In this document: in pieces, positions 49,831 through 61,860 of the stretch
Numbering within the stretch: the first letter of the stretch is position 1
Layout: the number at the start of each line of letters is the position of its first letter
Assembly (NCBI GenBank): GCA_013265495.1
Contig: MU057947.1
Span: 72,048-136,047, forward strand
DNA length: 64,000 nt
Direction of reading: 5' to 3'
Origin: Vicugna vicugna
Taxonomy: Eukaryota
Notes under the pieces: model-generated
Seen by the model: only the letters and a program-made list of their open reading frames with translations
What the model was told of the DNA's origin: nothing
Databases searched by the model: none
Translations under genes and position numbers: made by a program

Positions 49831-50258
49831 AGTTTAACTAGGAAGACTATGTAGATACAAAGGAAATACTTATGTTGCAAGGGAAGGTGAGAAATAATCC
49901 ATCTGGCACAGGCACCGGTTTCAACCTTGTTAAAACACCCATGCGCGGGAGTAGGGCTGAGGTCAGTGTGGGCAGATGAGCACGGCTGAGTCATGCGATG
50001 CTGGTCCCTCCTCAGGTGAGGCAGGAGGGGTGGTGTTCGGCATCCTGAACTGTACATTCTGCTCTGGCCTCCGCCTGCTCACGGGACAGGTCACAAGGAC
50101 CCCGGGTAGGAGCTGCTCTGTTTTCCTACTGTTTTACAAATGTCCCTGCCTGACCCCAGCCCACTTCCTCTGTGACCCGTGCTGTTGAAGGGAAGTCCAC
50201 TCAGAGGCTCAAAGACTGGCCCGAGGTGACTGTGGGTGTGGGTGTGGGGGCAGAGCTT

Positions 50259-50347
50259 GTGTGTGTGTGTGTGCATGTATGTGTGGCTGTGTCTCTTTGT
50301 GTGTGCGCATGTGTGTGCATGCATGTGCGTGCATGTGCGTGCGTGCG
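50259..50347. repeat. Compound (TG)n/(TGCA/TGCG) microsatellite
   Basis: Seen directly. Confidence 0.9.
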
Positions 50348-50765
50348 AACACACCGCAGGACAGGACCGCTGTCCCTGCTCTTTAATGGTGAGCCCGGCT
50401 CTTCCAGGCTGACAACAGCATTGATGCTGCTGTCCTTCGGGCAGAGTGACTGTGACGGATGGAACCCCCGGGGCGCTGGCTGGAGCTGGGAGTGCAGGGC
50501 CTTCAGACAGCACCGCGTCCCCATCTGTGCAGAGAAGCTGGGACCCAAGGGCCCAGGGGGCACCCAGGGACGGGGACCAACAAGCATGGGGCATTAAACA
50601 GTAGCTGCTCAAGAAATGCTGGATGGACTCAGCCTGCTCTCTGGGCTCCCAAGGAAAGGAGGCCAGCTCAGCATCCCAGCGCCACAAGACCTGCCCCGCC
50701 TGCTCGCGTCCCACGTGCGGCCACAGACACTCCCGCCCCAGGCCTCAGAGGCACGGCAATCCTTA

Positions 50766-51201
50766 CTGGGGTGCTAACCCACGGGGAGTGCAGGGCTTCA
50801 TACGCCTGTATGGGAAAAGTTAGTGAAATGCGGCCCGTCTTTAATTCTGAGTGTAAGCCACAAACCGTGGTGGTATTAGCAGTCATGACGGAGACCGAGA
50901 GACGCTTCCAGACACAACACGACACGAAATGGCAGTAATTCCTGGCTCCCGCTCTGCAGAGTGTGGATTACCTCCCACCAGAGCCTCCCCTTCACTAATG
51001 TGTTAACGAGGCGCATACCATAAACGTGCTATGTTGTCTATACCATCAGCATGATTTTTTTCAGTATCTGATAACTTAATTTCAGCTATTTCAACAATAT
51101 TTGGTTTCGTGGAATAGATTGTAAAAAATCACTTGGAAAGGGGGTCCCTAGGCCGTGCCAAATGCCAAAGGTGTCCATAAAGAGAACATGTCAGAGCTCC
51201 C
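50766..51201 (+). mobile_element. hAT-Charlie DNA transposon relic (Charlie4a-like)
   Basis: gtgaaat..tttaattctgagtgtaagccacaaaccgtggtggtattagcagt and ggaaagggggtccctaggccgtgccaaatgccaaaggtgtccat match recalled Charlie4a blocks. Confidence 0.65.
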
Positions 51202-53789
51202 CGCACCCCCACCCCCGCCGCCAGTGGTGCCACGAGCTTATTATCTCATTAGTCAGGAACTCCAGGTTGTAAACTAGGCAAAATAGAGATTTTCCAAGGG
51301 AACCAGTCCTCATTTCATACCTCCCGGCTTCCTAAATTTAAGTGGCAACTTCAACTTTGTTCCAGCACTCGGTGCCAGGAACGTAGGAAGAAAGAAGGCC
51401 ATGGAATGAAGCCAACCTTCATCCAGCCTCCGAGCCAGGAGAAGGAAGAGACAGAGCTGGAAAATAAGCAAAGGGCTTTGTCGTGACGGCACCTTTAGCT
51501 GGTGGAAGTAAACGCAGGCTTTAAAATGCTCAGGGTCACACAGAAGCAAAGATCTGAGACCTGTTTGTTTGGGAGCCAGGGGTGTGGAGGAGAAACCGCC
51601 AGGATCATAGTTCCTGCTGGCACCATGAGGTGATGCCCCGGAACTGGTTTGTTTCCACAGCGAGAACCCAAGGCAGATAACTGAGGTGCTTCACTGTTAG
51701 AACTGAGCGTGCTTCTCAGATGAGCCTAGACCCAAAGGTATGAGGTTCCTGGGGACCCTGCTTTCAAGTTTTCTCCCACGTGGACAGCATTAAGTCCAGG
51801 GGTTTACCCAGAAGCAGCCTGGAGTAGAAGCTGGCCAGTCAAAGGAAAAGACAAGGCCGCACACGTCTGGCCGCGCACCTGCCAGGGCCACCCAGGCCAG
51901 GGCCCGTGTGTCCAGTGTCTCCCGTATCTCCCAACCCAGCTCTCCCCGGGGGAATGCGTGCAATCCGTCTTCATCCAAGATGGAGGCTGTGATGTCCACA
52001 CACCTCGCCTCTATTTGAGACATGAATGTAACCGCTAATTTGGCATTTTAAGGACAACAAAGGATATATCAATCAGGAAAACAAAATCCACAGAAAAACA
52101 AACAGCATATGACCCCTTCTCAAATATCAAGCCCCAGAGCAAATCTACCTCATTCTCCCCCAAGAACATTCCAAGTCCAGGGTGCCCCTAGGACTGAGCG
52201 CAAAGCAAAATTTGAAGGAATTTTAAGGAAACACAAAGAAGTGAGGCTTTCTGGCAAGGACAGAGGAGTCTGTAGCAGAGTGACATGACCCTGATATTGA
52301 GAACAACTATAAAAGCCAAACAGGAAAAAAATCTGCTTGAGGACATTGGAAACCAATCAAGACAGCCAGGACTTGAGCGTTCGAAGTCTCAGAGGGAAGG
52401 GGAAAGCACTGGGGTGAGTCCTCTGTTCACTGATGCTTTCTTCCCACTGGGGTATTTGCCAATTTACAGCATCGGAAACAGAGTTGAAAGGGAAAGCGGT
52501 AGCCCAGCAAAGCCTCGGTGGGCCGAGAGGACAGTTGGAAGGCAGTGCAGCCAGAAAGTGAGAGGCCAAGAATCTCATGTAAAGGAAACCCCAAGAGAAG
52601 GAAGCGTGTTATTCTGCACCCAATTCTCCCCAGGGCATTTGCCAGTGCTGAGCAATGGATGTGAACACAGGGCAAAGGAGGAGAAACCGAGAGAAAAGCA
52701 GCTGCTAAGAGGCTTAAAAGCTAAGCAGGGATTTTGGCAGACGCATAGCACTGGAGAGACAAAAATTGAAGTTCGGAGCCCACTAAGGCACCAGGGCCCT
52801 GGTAAGCACTGCGGGCTCCCAGCTGAGATTCCTGAAAAAGCTACAGCCCAGGAAGGAGGGCCAAGCATGACGAGGTCACCCCTCCCACAGCTGGAAACCC
52901 AGCCTAGACAAGGTCAAGGTCTTCCTTCCCCACTTCGTCCCCTTCAAGAAGAAAATCACAACATTATCCAAAAGCTTTACTATTTTTACATGAAGTCTCG
53001 GCATTCGAGTAAAAACTTCACAGGTGAGACATGCAACAGGAGTAAATCATCAAAAAATCAAGAGAAAAACCTGTTGGTAGGAACAGGCTCACAGGTGATC
53101 CAGATATCAGAGTAATCAGATAGGAACTTGAATTATAATGAACACATTTAAGAAAATAAATGGGAAAAAAATTTCATCAGAAAACTGGAATCTATTAGAA
53201 AAAAATCATAGTGAAATACAACAGAGAACTTGAGAGTTTCTATCAATTGATTTAACTGAAGGCTAGACACAGCAGAAGAGGTCATTAGTGGAACGATGAC
53301 AGGTCAATACACAGTACCCAAAACTGGCACAGAGGGAAAAACAGAAAACATAACAGATACATGAGACATGATAAAGAAGTCTAGCATACAGTTAACTAGG
53401 AAGGTTAGATAAAAGCATCATTTGAAGAGGCGGCAACTGAGAATTTTCCAACTCTGGCAGAAGAATTCCAAGATGTTCTACAAAACCTGAAAAAGGATAA
53501 ACACAAAAGCCACTTCATACTAAAACTAAAAATCAAAGACAGAAAAAAAATGCACTAGCAGAAGCAGCCAAGGATAAACAAAGGAAAAATAATAAAATGG
53601 ACAACATTTTTTCGGCAAAGGTATAAAGAAGGCCATAAGACAATGGCGAGAAATCTTTAAAACGCCAGAAGAAACTAATAGCTAATTTAGGAATTTATGC
53701 TCATTGAAATATCTTTTGAAAATGAAGAACACAGGAAGTTTGAAAAATGAGAATATTTATTTACAGTACACCCATACTAAAATAAATAT

Positions 53790-54163
53790 CAAAGAACTAC
53801 CGTGTGATCCAGCAATTTCATAAAGACAAAAATTGTGTGCTATTACTTATATGTGGAATCTAAAAGATAAAGCAAATGTATACAGCAAAATAGAAACAGA
53901 CTCACAGATACAGTAAACAAACAAGTGGTTACAAGTGTGGGGAGGGAAAGAAGGAAAGGCAAGTTAGGATTATGGAATTAAGAGACACAAACTACTATGT
54001 GTAAAATAGATCAGCAACAAGGATATATTGTAGAGCACAGGGAATTATAGCCACGATCTTGTAATAACTTTTAATGGAGTATAATCTGCAAAAATACTGA
54101 ATCATGATGCTGTACACTTGAAACTAATACAATATTGCAAATCAACTATATTTATGCTTAAAA
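53790..54163 (+). mobile_element. Younger L1 3' end (laurasiatherian/artiodactyl type)
   Basis: cttatatgtggaatctaaaa..gaaacagactcacagat..caacaaggatatattgtagagcacagggaattatagcca..gctgtacacttgaaactaatacaatattgcaaatcaactata. Confidence 0.85.
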
Positions 54164-54527
54164 AACAACAGCAAAGCTCATGGATACAGGGAATGGATTG
54201 GCGGTGCCAGAGACAGGAGGTGGGACATGGGCAAAATGAGTGAATGGAGTCAAAAGGTATAAACTTCCAGTTACAAAATAAATAAGTCATGAGGACATAA
54301 TGTGCAACATAGTGGCTATAGCTAAATTCAATTTTATTGCACATTTGAAAGTTGCTAGGAGAATAGATCTTAAAGGTCTCATCACAAGAAAAACAGTTCT
54401 GTAACCGTGTGGTGAAGATGTTAACTAGACTCATGGTGGTGATCATTTCACAAGACAAATACTGAATCATTATGTTGTACACTTGAAACTAATATAATGT
54501 CATATGCCAATTACATCTCAATTAAAA
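54164..54527 (+). mobile_element. L1MA8/9-like 3' end
   Basis: gtcaaaaggtataaacttccagttacaaaataaataagtcatg..atttgaaagttgctaggagaatagatcttaaa..aattacatctcaattaaaa. Confidence 0.85.
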
Positions 54528-55871
54528 GGAGAGGGGGATAAAAGTGGAGGTAAATTTGAAGGAATAGTGATTGTTTAAAATAACAATAATAATGTTTTCA
54601 AGGAGGTTAAGTATACATAGAATAAAAATACAAAACAACAATAGCATAAATGAGGAGGAGGGACACAAATGTAAGTGAAGTGTTATAATGTCCTTGAAAT
54701 GTTGGAGAAATGGTAAAAGATTTAATCCGAAGTTGACTCTTCTAAGTCTAGAATGTGCAAGTCACCCAGACCCACCGATAATCTCTAGAATAACCATGAG
54801 AGGAAAAATTAAAGACCACGTAAGCAACAAGCTGACAGAAGGTGACAATTAAAGAATAAATAATGCTTTATTTCATTAATTGTCATCAGGAGAGAGAAAA
54901 ATAGAGGAAACAAAATAAAACTACATATAAGAGATTGAATATAAATCCTACATACCAAAGTTTACATTAAATGTAAATGGTGTAAATGTGCCAATTGAAA
55001 GATCGGTATTATCTTTTCAATGAAACTTTTAAAGCTTAACTCCATGCTGCTGACCCTTATGCTAAATGCTACTTGTTTTAGTTGTAAGGACACAGTCAAG
55101 TTCAGAATAAAAGAATGAAAGGAAAGATCCCATGCAAACATCAGCCCCTCAAAAGACTCCTGTACCTATGTTCATGTCAGACAGAGTCGACTTTAAGACG
55201 AGGCGTGTTATTAGAAATAAAGAGAGAGGTTTTATAATGATTAAAGGGACAGTTCAACAGCAAGATAATTCTAAATGTGTTCCACTTAATCAAGTGGTTT
55301 CATAATATATAAAGCCAACCAAACAGAAGTAAAAGTAAAACCATAGAAATCGACAAATTTAGATATTTTAATCTACTTCTCTCAGTAGAAGACAGAATAA
55401 GCAGAAGAAAGTAAAATCAGTACGTTCAGAGAAGAATTGAAAGTTACAGTTCACAAATTTGACTGATTTGACATCATAGAATGCCACACTCAACAACTTC
55501 AGGATATATACTCTTTAGAAGTGCACGCAAAACGTTTCTTAGTATAGAATATACATTGCACTGTAAAGCAAGTCTCAGTATACATAATATATTCTATGAT
55601 CAGAGGGGAACTGAGCTGGAAGTCAATAACAAAAAGATAACCAGAAATTCCTTCTCAATAACTTCTAATTGTTTAAAAATTAAGTAATATAATTCTGAAT
55701 AACATACAATCAAAGAAGAAATCATAATGGAAATTAGAAAATATTTTGGACTAAGTAATAATGAAGACAAGTTATATCAATGTTTGCAAATAAAGTAGTA
55801 CCTAGCAAAAAATGTATAGCCTTAAATGAATATACTAAACACGTGAAAAGGCTGAAAAATTATGATCTAAA

Positions 55872-56650
55872 CCAGAGGCACAAACTTTTTGGTCTTGGGA
55901 CACTCTCATAGTCTTAAAAAACCTTGAGGATCCCAAAGAACTTCTGTCTATGTGAATAATACCAGTCATTATTTACCATATCCTGAATTAAAACTGAGAC
56001 TTTTAAAGATATTTATTACTTTTTTAAAATAACAATAATGAATCCGTTACATGTTAACACTGATAATATCATTTTAGAAAAAAATTCTATTTTCTAAGGC
56101 AAAATATTTAGTGAACAGTTTGGCATTGTGTTGCATTTTTTAAAATATCTGTAATGCCTAGCTTAATGGGAAGCAGCTGCATTGTCATATTTGCAGCTGC
56201 ATTCAATGTGATGTGTTGTGGTATTTTGTTTTGGCTGAAGCGTATAAAGAAAATCCAGCTTCACATAGATACGTAGTTGGAAAAAGAAGCAGTTTAATAG
56301 CCTTGTCAGAAGATTGTGTAGGTCTTCTTTGATAGTACACCAAAATTTGGCAGGTGTAGTTTTTTAAAAGTTAATTGCAATGTGAACTCTGAACACATGT
56401 GAATACGTTTCATATACCCGTTACATTAAAATCCATCATCTGTCTTATGCATTGAGTGGGTCTTGCACACATACATGATTTCACAATATTATGCCAATGG
56501 TCATTTAGAAAATACTTGTTTACTGAGTTATGTAGATCTTGCCAATGTCAACATATCCTCATACAGTATTTTAAAATTACATTCTCATTAGTATCCCTAC
56601 CTATCTCATTATAAAAGTCTCAAAGTAAAGGGAAGCTATCAAGTTCACAT
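55872..56650 (+). mobile_element. hAT-Charlie DNA transposon (Charlie1/1a-like), 3'-truncated
   Basis: cagaggcacaaactttttggtcttgggacactctcatagtcttaaaaaaccttgaggatcccaaagaactt...aattaaaactgaga...aaaatccagcttcacatagatacgtagttggaaaa. Confidence 0.8.
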
Positions 56651-57649
56651 CCCCATGGAGTTTATTTTGGGAATGCAATGTTGGTGTAACATTTAAAAGT
56701 CGGTCAATGTAACGGACTATATTGACAAAACAAAGCGAGGAACCTGCAATTATTACAGCAGATGCAGAAAATGAATTTAATAAAATTAAGCATTCATTTA
56801 TAACAAAAATTGAACAAATTAGAACTAGAAGGGAACTTCCTTCATTTGACAAAGGACACCCACAGACACACACACCAGCAGAGACCATAATTATTGATGA
56901 AATATTGAAACCTCCCCCCCAAAACTGGAAAAAAGACAAAAGTGTTTCCTGTGATCCCTGGCATGAGAACATGTGCTAGACACCCTAAGCAGTGCAATAA
57001 AGCGAGAAAAACGCGTGTTGGAAAAGAAAACCAGAGCTCATTATCTTCAGGTGACATGATTATGTACGTAGACAATCTTACAGATAAATTATTAGGTTTA
57101 ATATGTGAATTTGTCACAGCATCTGAGTTCAAGGTGAATGTACAAAAATCAAAATTTGCATCTCTACACACTAGAAATAAACAAGTGGAATGTGATTTTT
57201 GTTCACTGACACCAGCTATAATCACATCAAGAATCACATACGTAGGAATAAACCTGCTCAAAGACGTGCAGTCTCGGCACAGAAAACAGCAAATCACTGA
57301 GGGAAGTTACAGGAGATTGAAATGAGTGAAAATACACACTATGAGCACCGATTCACAGACTCAAGTGTGATTCCATCAGTTCCCTAGAAAGTCAGTAAAA
57401 CCCCACTCTTAAAATCCCAAGATGTTTTTTTGTGTGTGAAGTTGACAAACGAGTTTTAATATTTATATGCAAACGCAAATGACACTCTTGAAGTAAAAAA
57501 TGTGTTAGACTTGAATAAGGTAAAGATGGATTTCCCAAATCAATGACTAAAACTCGTGATGTAAGGATAAAATAAAGAATCGAGAAACACAAGCATATAC
57601 AATTAAATGATATATGGTTATATGTATAGGCACATATACATAATATTCA

Positions 57650-58137
57650 GAGCTAAAAATTGGAGGACGGTTGAATGGTTAAAAAAATGTGCTCTATCTG
57701 CATTAGGGAATAGTACTCAGCAATTAAAAAGGAATGAACTATTGACATACAAAACAGCTTGGATGCCTCTCCAAGGAGTTATGATGAGTGGCAAAAGCCA
57801 ATCTCCACAGCTTATACATCACGTGGTTCCATTCATACATTTTTGAAATGACAGACTATAGAAATGGAAAACAGATGAGTGGTTACCTAGGATTAGGCAT
57901 GGAGTCAGAAGAGGAGGGTATGGTAACCAAGGGGCAACATGAAGAGTCCTTGGGGCGAGGGAGATGTCCTGTGTCTTGGCTACATCAGTGTCAGTGTCCT
58001 GGTGCTGACACTCCACTATATGGTGCAAGATGTCACCTTTGGGGGAAACTGGGTAAAGGCTAGACTCAGTCTCAGTGTTGTTTTTTTATAATTGCATGTG
58101 AATCTACAGTTACCGCAAAATAAAAAAGTTTAAAAAG
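57650..58137 (+). mobile_element. L1MC1/2-like 3' end
   Basis: gcaagatgtcacctttgggggaaactgggtaaagg...attgcatgtgaatctacagttaccgcaaaataaaaaagtttaaaaa. Confidence 0.8.
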
Positions 58138-60789
58138 AAAATTTGTGAACACCAAAATAAAAAACAAAAAAAGTCAAAGAACTGATGTGTACATTTCATT
58201 GCAAAGTTTCAACAAATGGCTTTGAAGCATATTAAACAGTGTTCAACATAATTAGTCATCAAAGAATTGCAATTTTCAAACTGCAAAATGATACCACTGC
58301 TTAACCACCAGAATGGAGGGTGGGGGGAAATGACACTGCCAGAGAGTTGACAAGATGCCAAACAACTTAATCACTGCTGGTCAGAGCATGAGTTGATGCA
58401 GCCCCCTGGAAATCTGCTTGAGGGTCTAATAAGGCTGAGCACTCACATAGTCTGTGACCGAGCCATTCCATCCCGAGACAGCTACTCAACAGAAATGCAG
58501 CCATGCATGCACAAGGGCATGCACAAGATTGTTCTCAGCAGTGCTATCTGTAATCGCCAGAACTTGGAGGGCACCCACTGACATCCATCAATAGCAGGAC
58601 ACGTAATTATACTGTAATACTTCTGTGTAGTAGAATATTGTACGGTAGTGAAAAAGAATACATGGAACTCATTGAGCTAAAGAAGCCAGACGCAACAGAC
58701 AAAAGAGTAGATAACATATAACTTCATTTAGGCAAAGTTTTAAAGCAGGTGAAATTAAACTGTGTTGGTAGATGTCAGAATGGCGGTTACCTTTAGCAGG
58801 TAGCGACTGGGAGGGAACGTGAGGAAGGCTTCTATTACCTGGTGATTTTCCCTCAACAAGGAGAAATGCAATGGAATTAAATGCTGTCAACACCAAGATG
58901 GGCAGAGTTCGTGGCGGGGACCTCACGGAACCACTTCCTCAGGCTGAAAGGAGAGAGGTGATTAAGAATGTGAGGCAGGAGAAGTTGGAGATGAAAGGTG
59001 AACAGTGATAGGGTCCTGGGCACAAGCACAAGAGAGAGAAGCAGGGAAGCCTCAGTGACAGTCTCATTCTCATTAATGACTTTGAGGGGAGCAAGGTGAT
59101 GATACTTAAATGTGCTTGTTCAACCCTAGGAGGAGAAGGTCGGGGTGGGGCGCTCCTGTAATAACAGACAAGCAGGGTAAACAAGTAGTTACGGAAGATG
59201 ATCTGTTACAGAAGGAGAACTCTCTCGGTGACAGAGAAAGGCTGAGAGGTACCATTTTCTGATTTGTTGCTACAGCATCACTTGTCTCCAGTTAAGCAAA
59301 AAAAAAAAAAAATTACCTGAATGATAAAGCACATGTTTTCATACTGTAAAAGAAGTACTCACAAAAGTCAGTGTGCCTGACGTTCCGTGTTTGCTTCAGG
59401 ACCGCACACGCTGGTTTATGCGTGACGCATCCACCTCTCCCAGTATCTCCATAGTTATCAACGCCCCTCTTCAATGTATAATTGAAGAGGGTGTGTAATT
59501 GACAACACTGTGAGTTTAATTTCTTCGTATCAATCGAAAGATGCTGCACGAATTATTTTTCGAAGTTCTTGTTGACTTGATCCTCAAAACTGTCCCGAGG
59601 ACAGTCTCAGTGCTCCAGAAAGAGGCGAGGGAGCAGAGTCCAGATGGACTGTGTTAGAAGCTGTGCTCACACGTGCTCGCACATGCGAGCCTGTGGGCAC
59701 CCACCGTGCCTCCAGGAGCCCACCGAGGGCTGACAGCAGCCCAGCAGCCACCGTGGGACCTGGCTGCCGCATTTTAGCAGACAGACTCCTCTACCGAGGC
59801 CCAGCTTGGGGTGGGGGAGTCCCCCTTTCTTTCTTCTTCATTTTGTGTAAAAAGCATTGTGTATTCTCGGGTTCACAGCAGCCCGATACTGTAGCGTAAT
59901 AGAAGTGAAATCCGTGCCTAAAATGATTAACATCTGAAGCCAAATTCCTCCTGCTCAGAGAAGAGGAGGGGATTTGGACCATGTTCTCCAATTACCGCTG
60001 CTCAGTGCTATTTGCTGAACACATAGGCAGAAAATATCCATCTCAGAGGCAGCCAAAAAGGCCAGTCGACCACGTTTATAAGTGTGTTATTTTCCCTTGT
60101 GAATACTTGAAAAGGAAAAAAAAATGATAAAACCTTTAAAAATCCTGATGCACAGCTCTCTAAAACCGGAAGAAGATGAGGGATGGGCTTTTTCACCAAT
60201 GAGAAGCCTCGGTGTGGGGCCCCATCCCAGAATAGCAGAGGGGCCTAGGGAGGCACCAAGTTCAGTCCCCCTGGACTCAAGGGCATCTTCAGATGGGAGC
60301 GGCCAGGGGACCCCAAGTGGGGTTGAGCGTGGGCCATTAGCGTCTGTAAGTCTGTACTTGAACTGCCCTTTGTTCTGAGGGGTTTATTTCACCCATAATA
60401 GACCATGTTGACTTCAAAGCAGCCCCTTTGCTTGTGGGGTGATAGGCTAGGAGAACGGAGCTCATTAACAGTCCTCCCTTTCAAATGGAAATTGTCCTGC
60501 CTTTCTGGAGGGAGACTGGAGAGCTCTCCATAGAATTAATGCTGCTTCCTCTTTTCTCTCCACGACTCCTTGGGTCCTGCCTGCTTCTGGATGGAGAGCA
60601 GGAGAGAGAGGGAGAGAGAAATTAAAGGGATATTCACTGCCCTTCCCCTTCGCCCAATCTGAAACCGGGTTAACCATGGAAACAGAGCCAACTCAGTCTC
60701 AAAGGACTGGACCCCTCCTCATGGCCCCCCAGTAGTAATACAAGAAGATGAGACTCCTGCGTGGCCACCACTTAGCCATTCTGTGCCAG

Positions 60790-60842
60790 GGCGCGCACGT
60801 GCGCACGCGTGCATACGCACCTGTGAGCACACGCGCATGTGC
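60790..60842. repeat. CG-rich alternating purine-pyrimidine tract (Z-DNA-prone)
   Basis: gcgcgcacgtgcgcacgcgtgcatacgcac..gcacacgcgcatgtgc. Confidence 0.7.
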
Positions 60843-61439
60843 CCGCGGTGGGCTGAGTTGAAGGATTGCTGCATCCTTTCGGTACCCAAGACCTCCTTCT
60901 GCGGCCTTTCACACTGTCGCTTGGGAGGCTGTATGTTCCCCAGGCTGCAAGCAATGGTTAAAAATCCCAGCTCAGAATCCCCAGGGGCTCCAGGGAGGGG
61001 GAGCTTCCGCCCGAGGGTAGGGCAGGAGTGTGATCCAGGAGATGCGCGGTTTGATCAACGACCGGGTCAAGCTGCAGTGCGAGGAGCGGCTTCTGGGGCT
61101 CTTTCCCCAGCACAGCCTGGCTGTGGTGCCCAGCCTCCCCGGGATCAGGCGGCCTCCGGCTCCCACGTCTCTCTCTCCCCAAGGACCCTGTCCCCACAGA
61201 GAGGTCCCGCCAGGAGGAGGGGTGCAGCCTCCAGGCCAGTGAAAGGAGGAGGACATCAGACACCGCGGAACCACCAGAGCTGGGAGGGGACAGTGGACTC
61301 GCCAGATAAGCACGATGGGGCTGCAGAGAAATTTCAGGGACAGAGAAACAGCATTTAACGCCTGAAGGGAAAAACCTGTGGCAAGCTGATGGCTAGATGG
61401 CTGTGGCAGCAGAACTTGGCAGGGCCCCGGCCCTTCTCA

Positions 61440-61860
61440 ATACAGGATATGTGTTAATGGATCAAAAATACTGAAAGCAAATATTGACTCCGACTCCTAA
61501 AAAGCCTTCAATTATTTATTTTGAACAATTTGATACTCAAGTAAATTAATGCTAAAGCATTTCTCTGTTTGTGCCAAATCAGTGCCTCTCAGTGGGAACT
61601 CAGTCCATCTTCGCAGGCAAGCGCTCACTCTCAGTAGGCAGTCCATTTCTGCAGAGTGCCATTAAGTTAATTTCAAAAAGAACCAGTAAAGGTATATGGA
61701 GCAGGCAGTAATAGCATGGAAAATATCCAAAATTACTAGACCCAGCGACAGAACTTGGATGCCATTTTCATGCACTAATAATTTGTAGTCTACGTATTGA
61801 AGGTAACTATAAACTGACTACTTTCTGTGCTAAAGCGTTCAGGTAATTACAAAGACGCTG
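61440..61860. promoter_or_regulatory. Candidate conserved non-coding element
   Basis: Unique AT-rich block with taatgg, gtaaattaatgc, cattaagttaatt, ctaataatt, gtaattac and forkhead-like sites. Confidence 0.3.

Larger units (their letters stand above)
52050..58850 (+). mobile_element. Near full-length ancient L1 fossil (L1M/L1ME-type) interrupted by younger insertions
   Basis: ORF1-like A-rich remnants at ~53050-53790. The endonuclease start FTLNVNGVNVPIER is at 54961-55002. RT remnants read IITADAENEFNKIKHSFITK (cf. IISIDAEKAFDKIQHPFMIK) and SGDMIMYVDN...KVNVQKS...YVGINLLKDV (cf. FADDMIVYLEN...KINVQKS...YLGINLTK). The 3' end lies at 58150-58850. Many stops and frameshifts; the 5' boundary is uncertain. 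Confidence 0.85.

Noticed and set aside
52285..53115. Longest ORF (276 aa) as a protein-coding gene
   Set aside because: It lies immediately upstream of and overlaps L1 ORF1-like remnants, has no recognisable domain, and is best explained as a chance frame in L1 5' sequence.
56722..57325. Reverse-transcriptase-like ORFs as an active or domesticated RT (retron/novel RT system)
   Set aside because: These are broken LINE-1 ORF2 fragments. The catalytic FADD motif has decayed to SSGD and the frame is split by stops and frameshifts.
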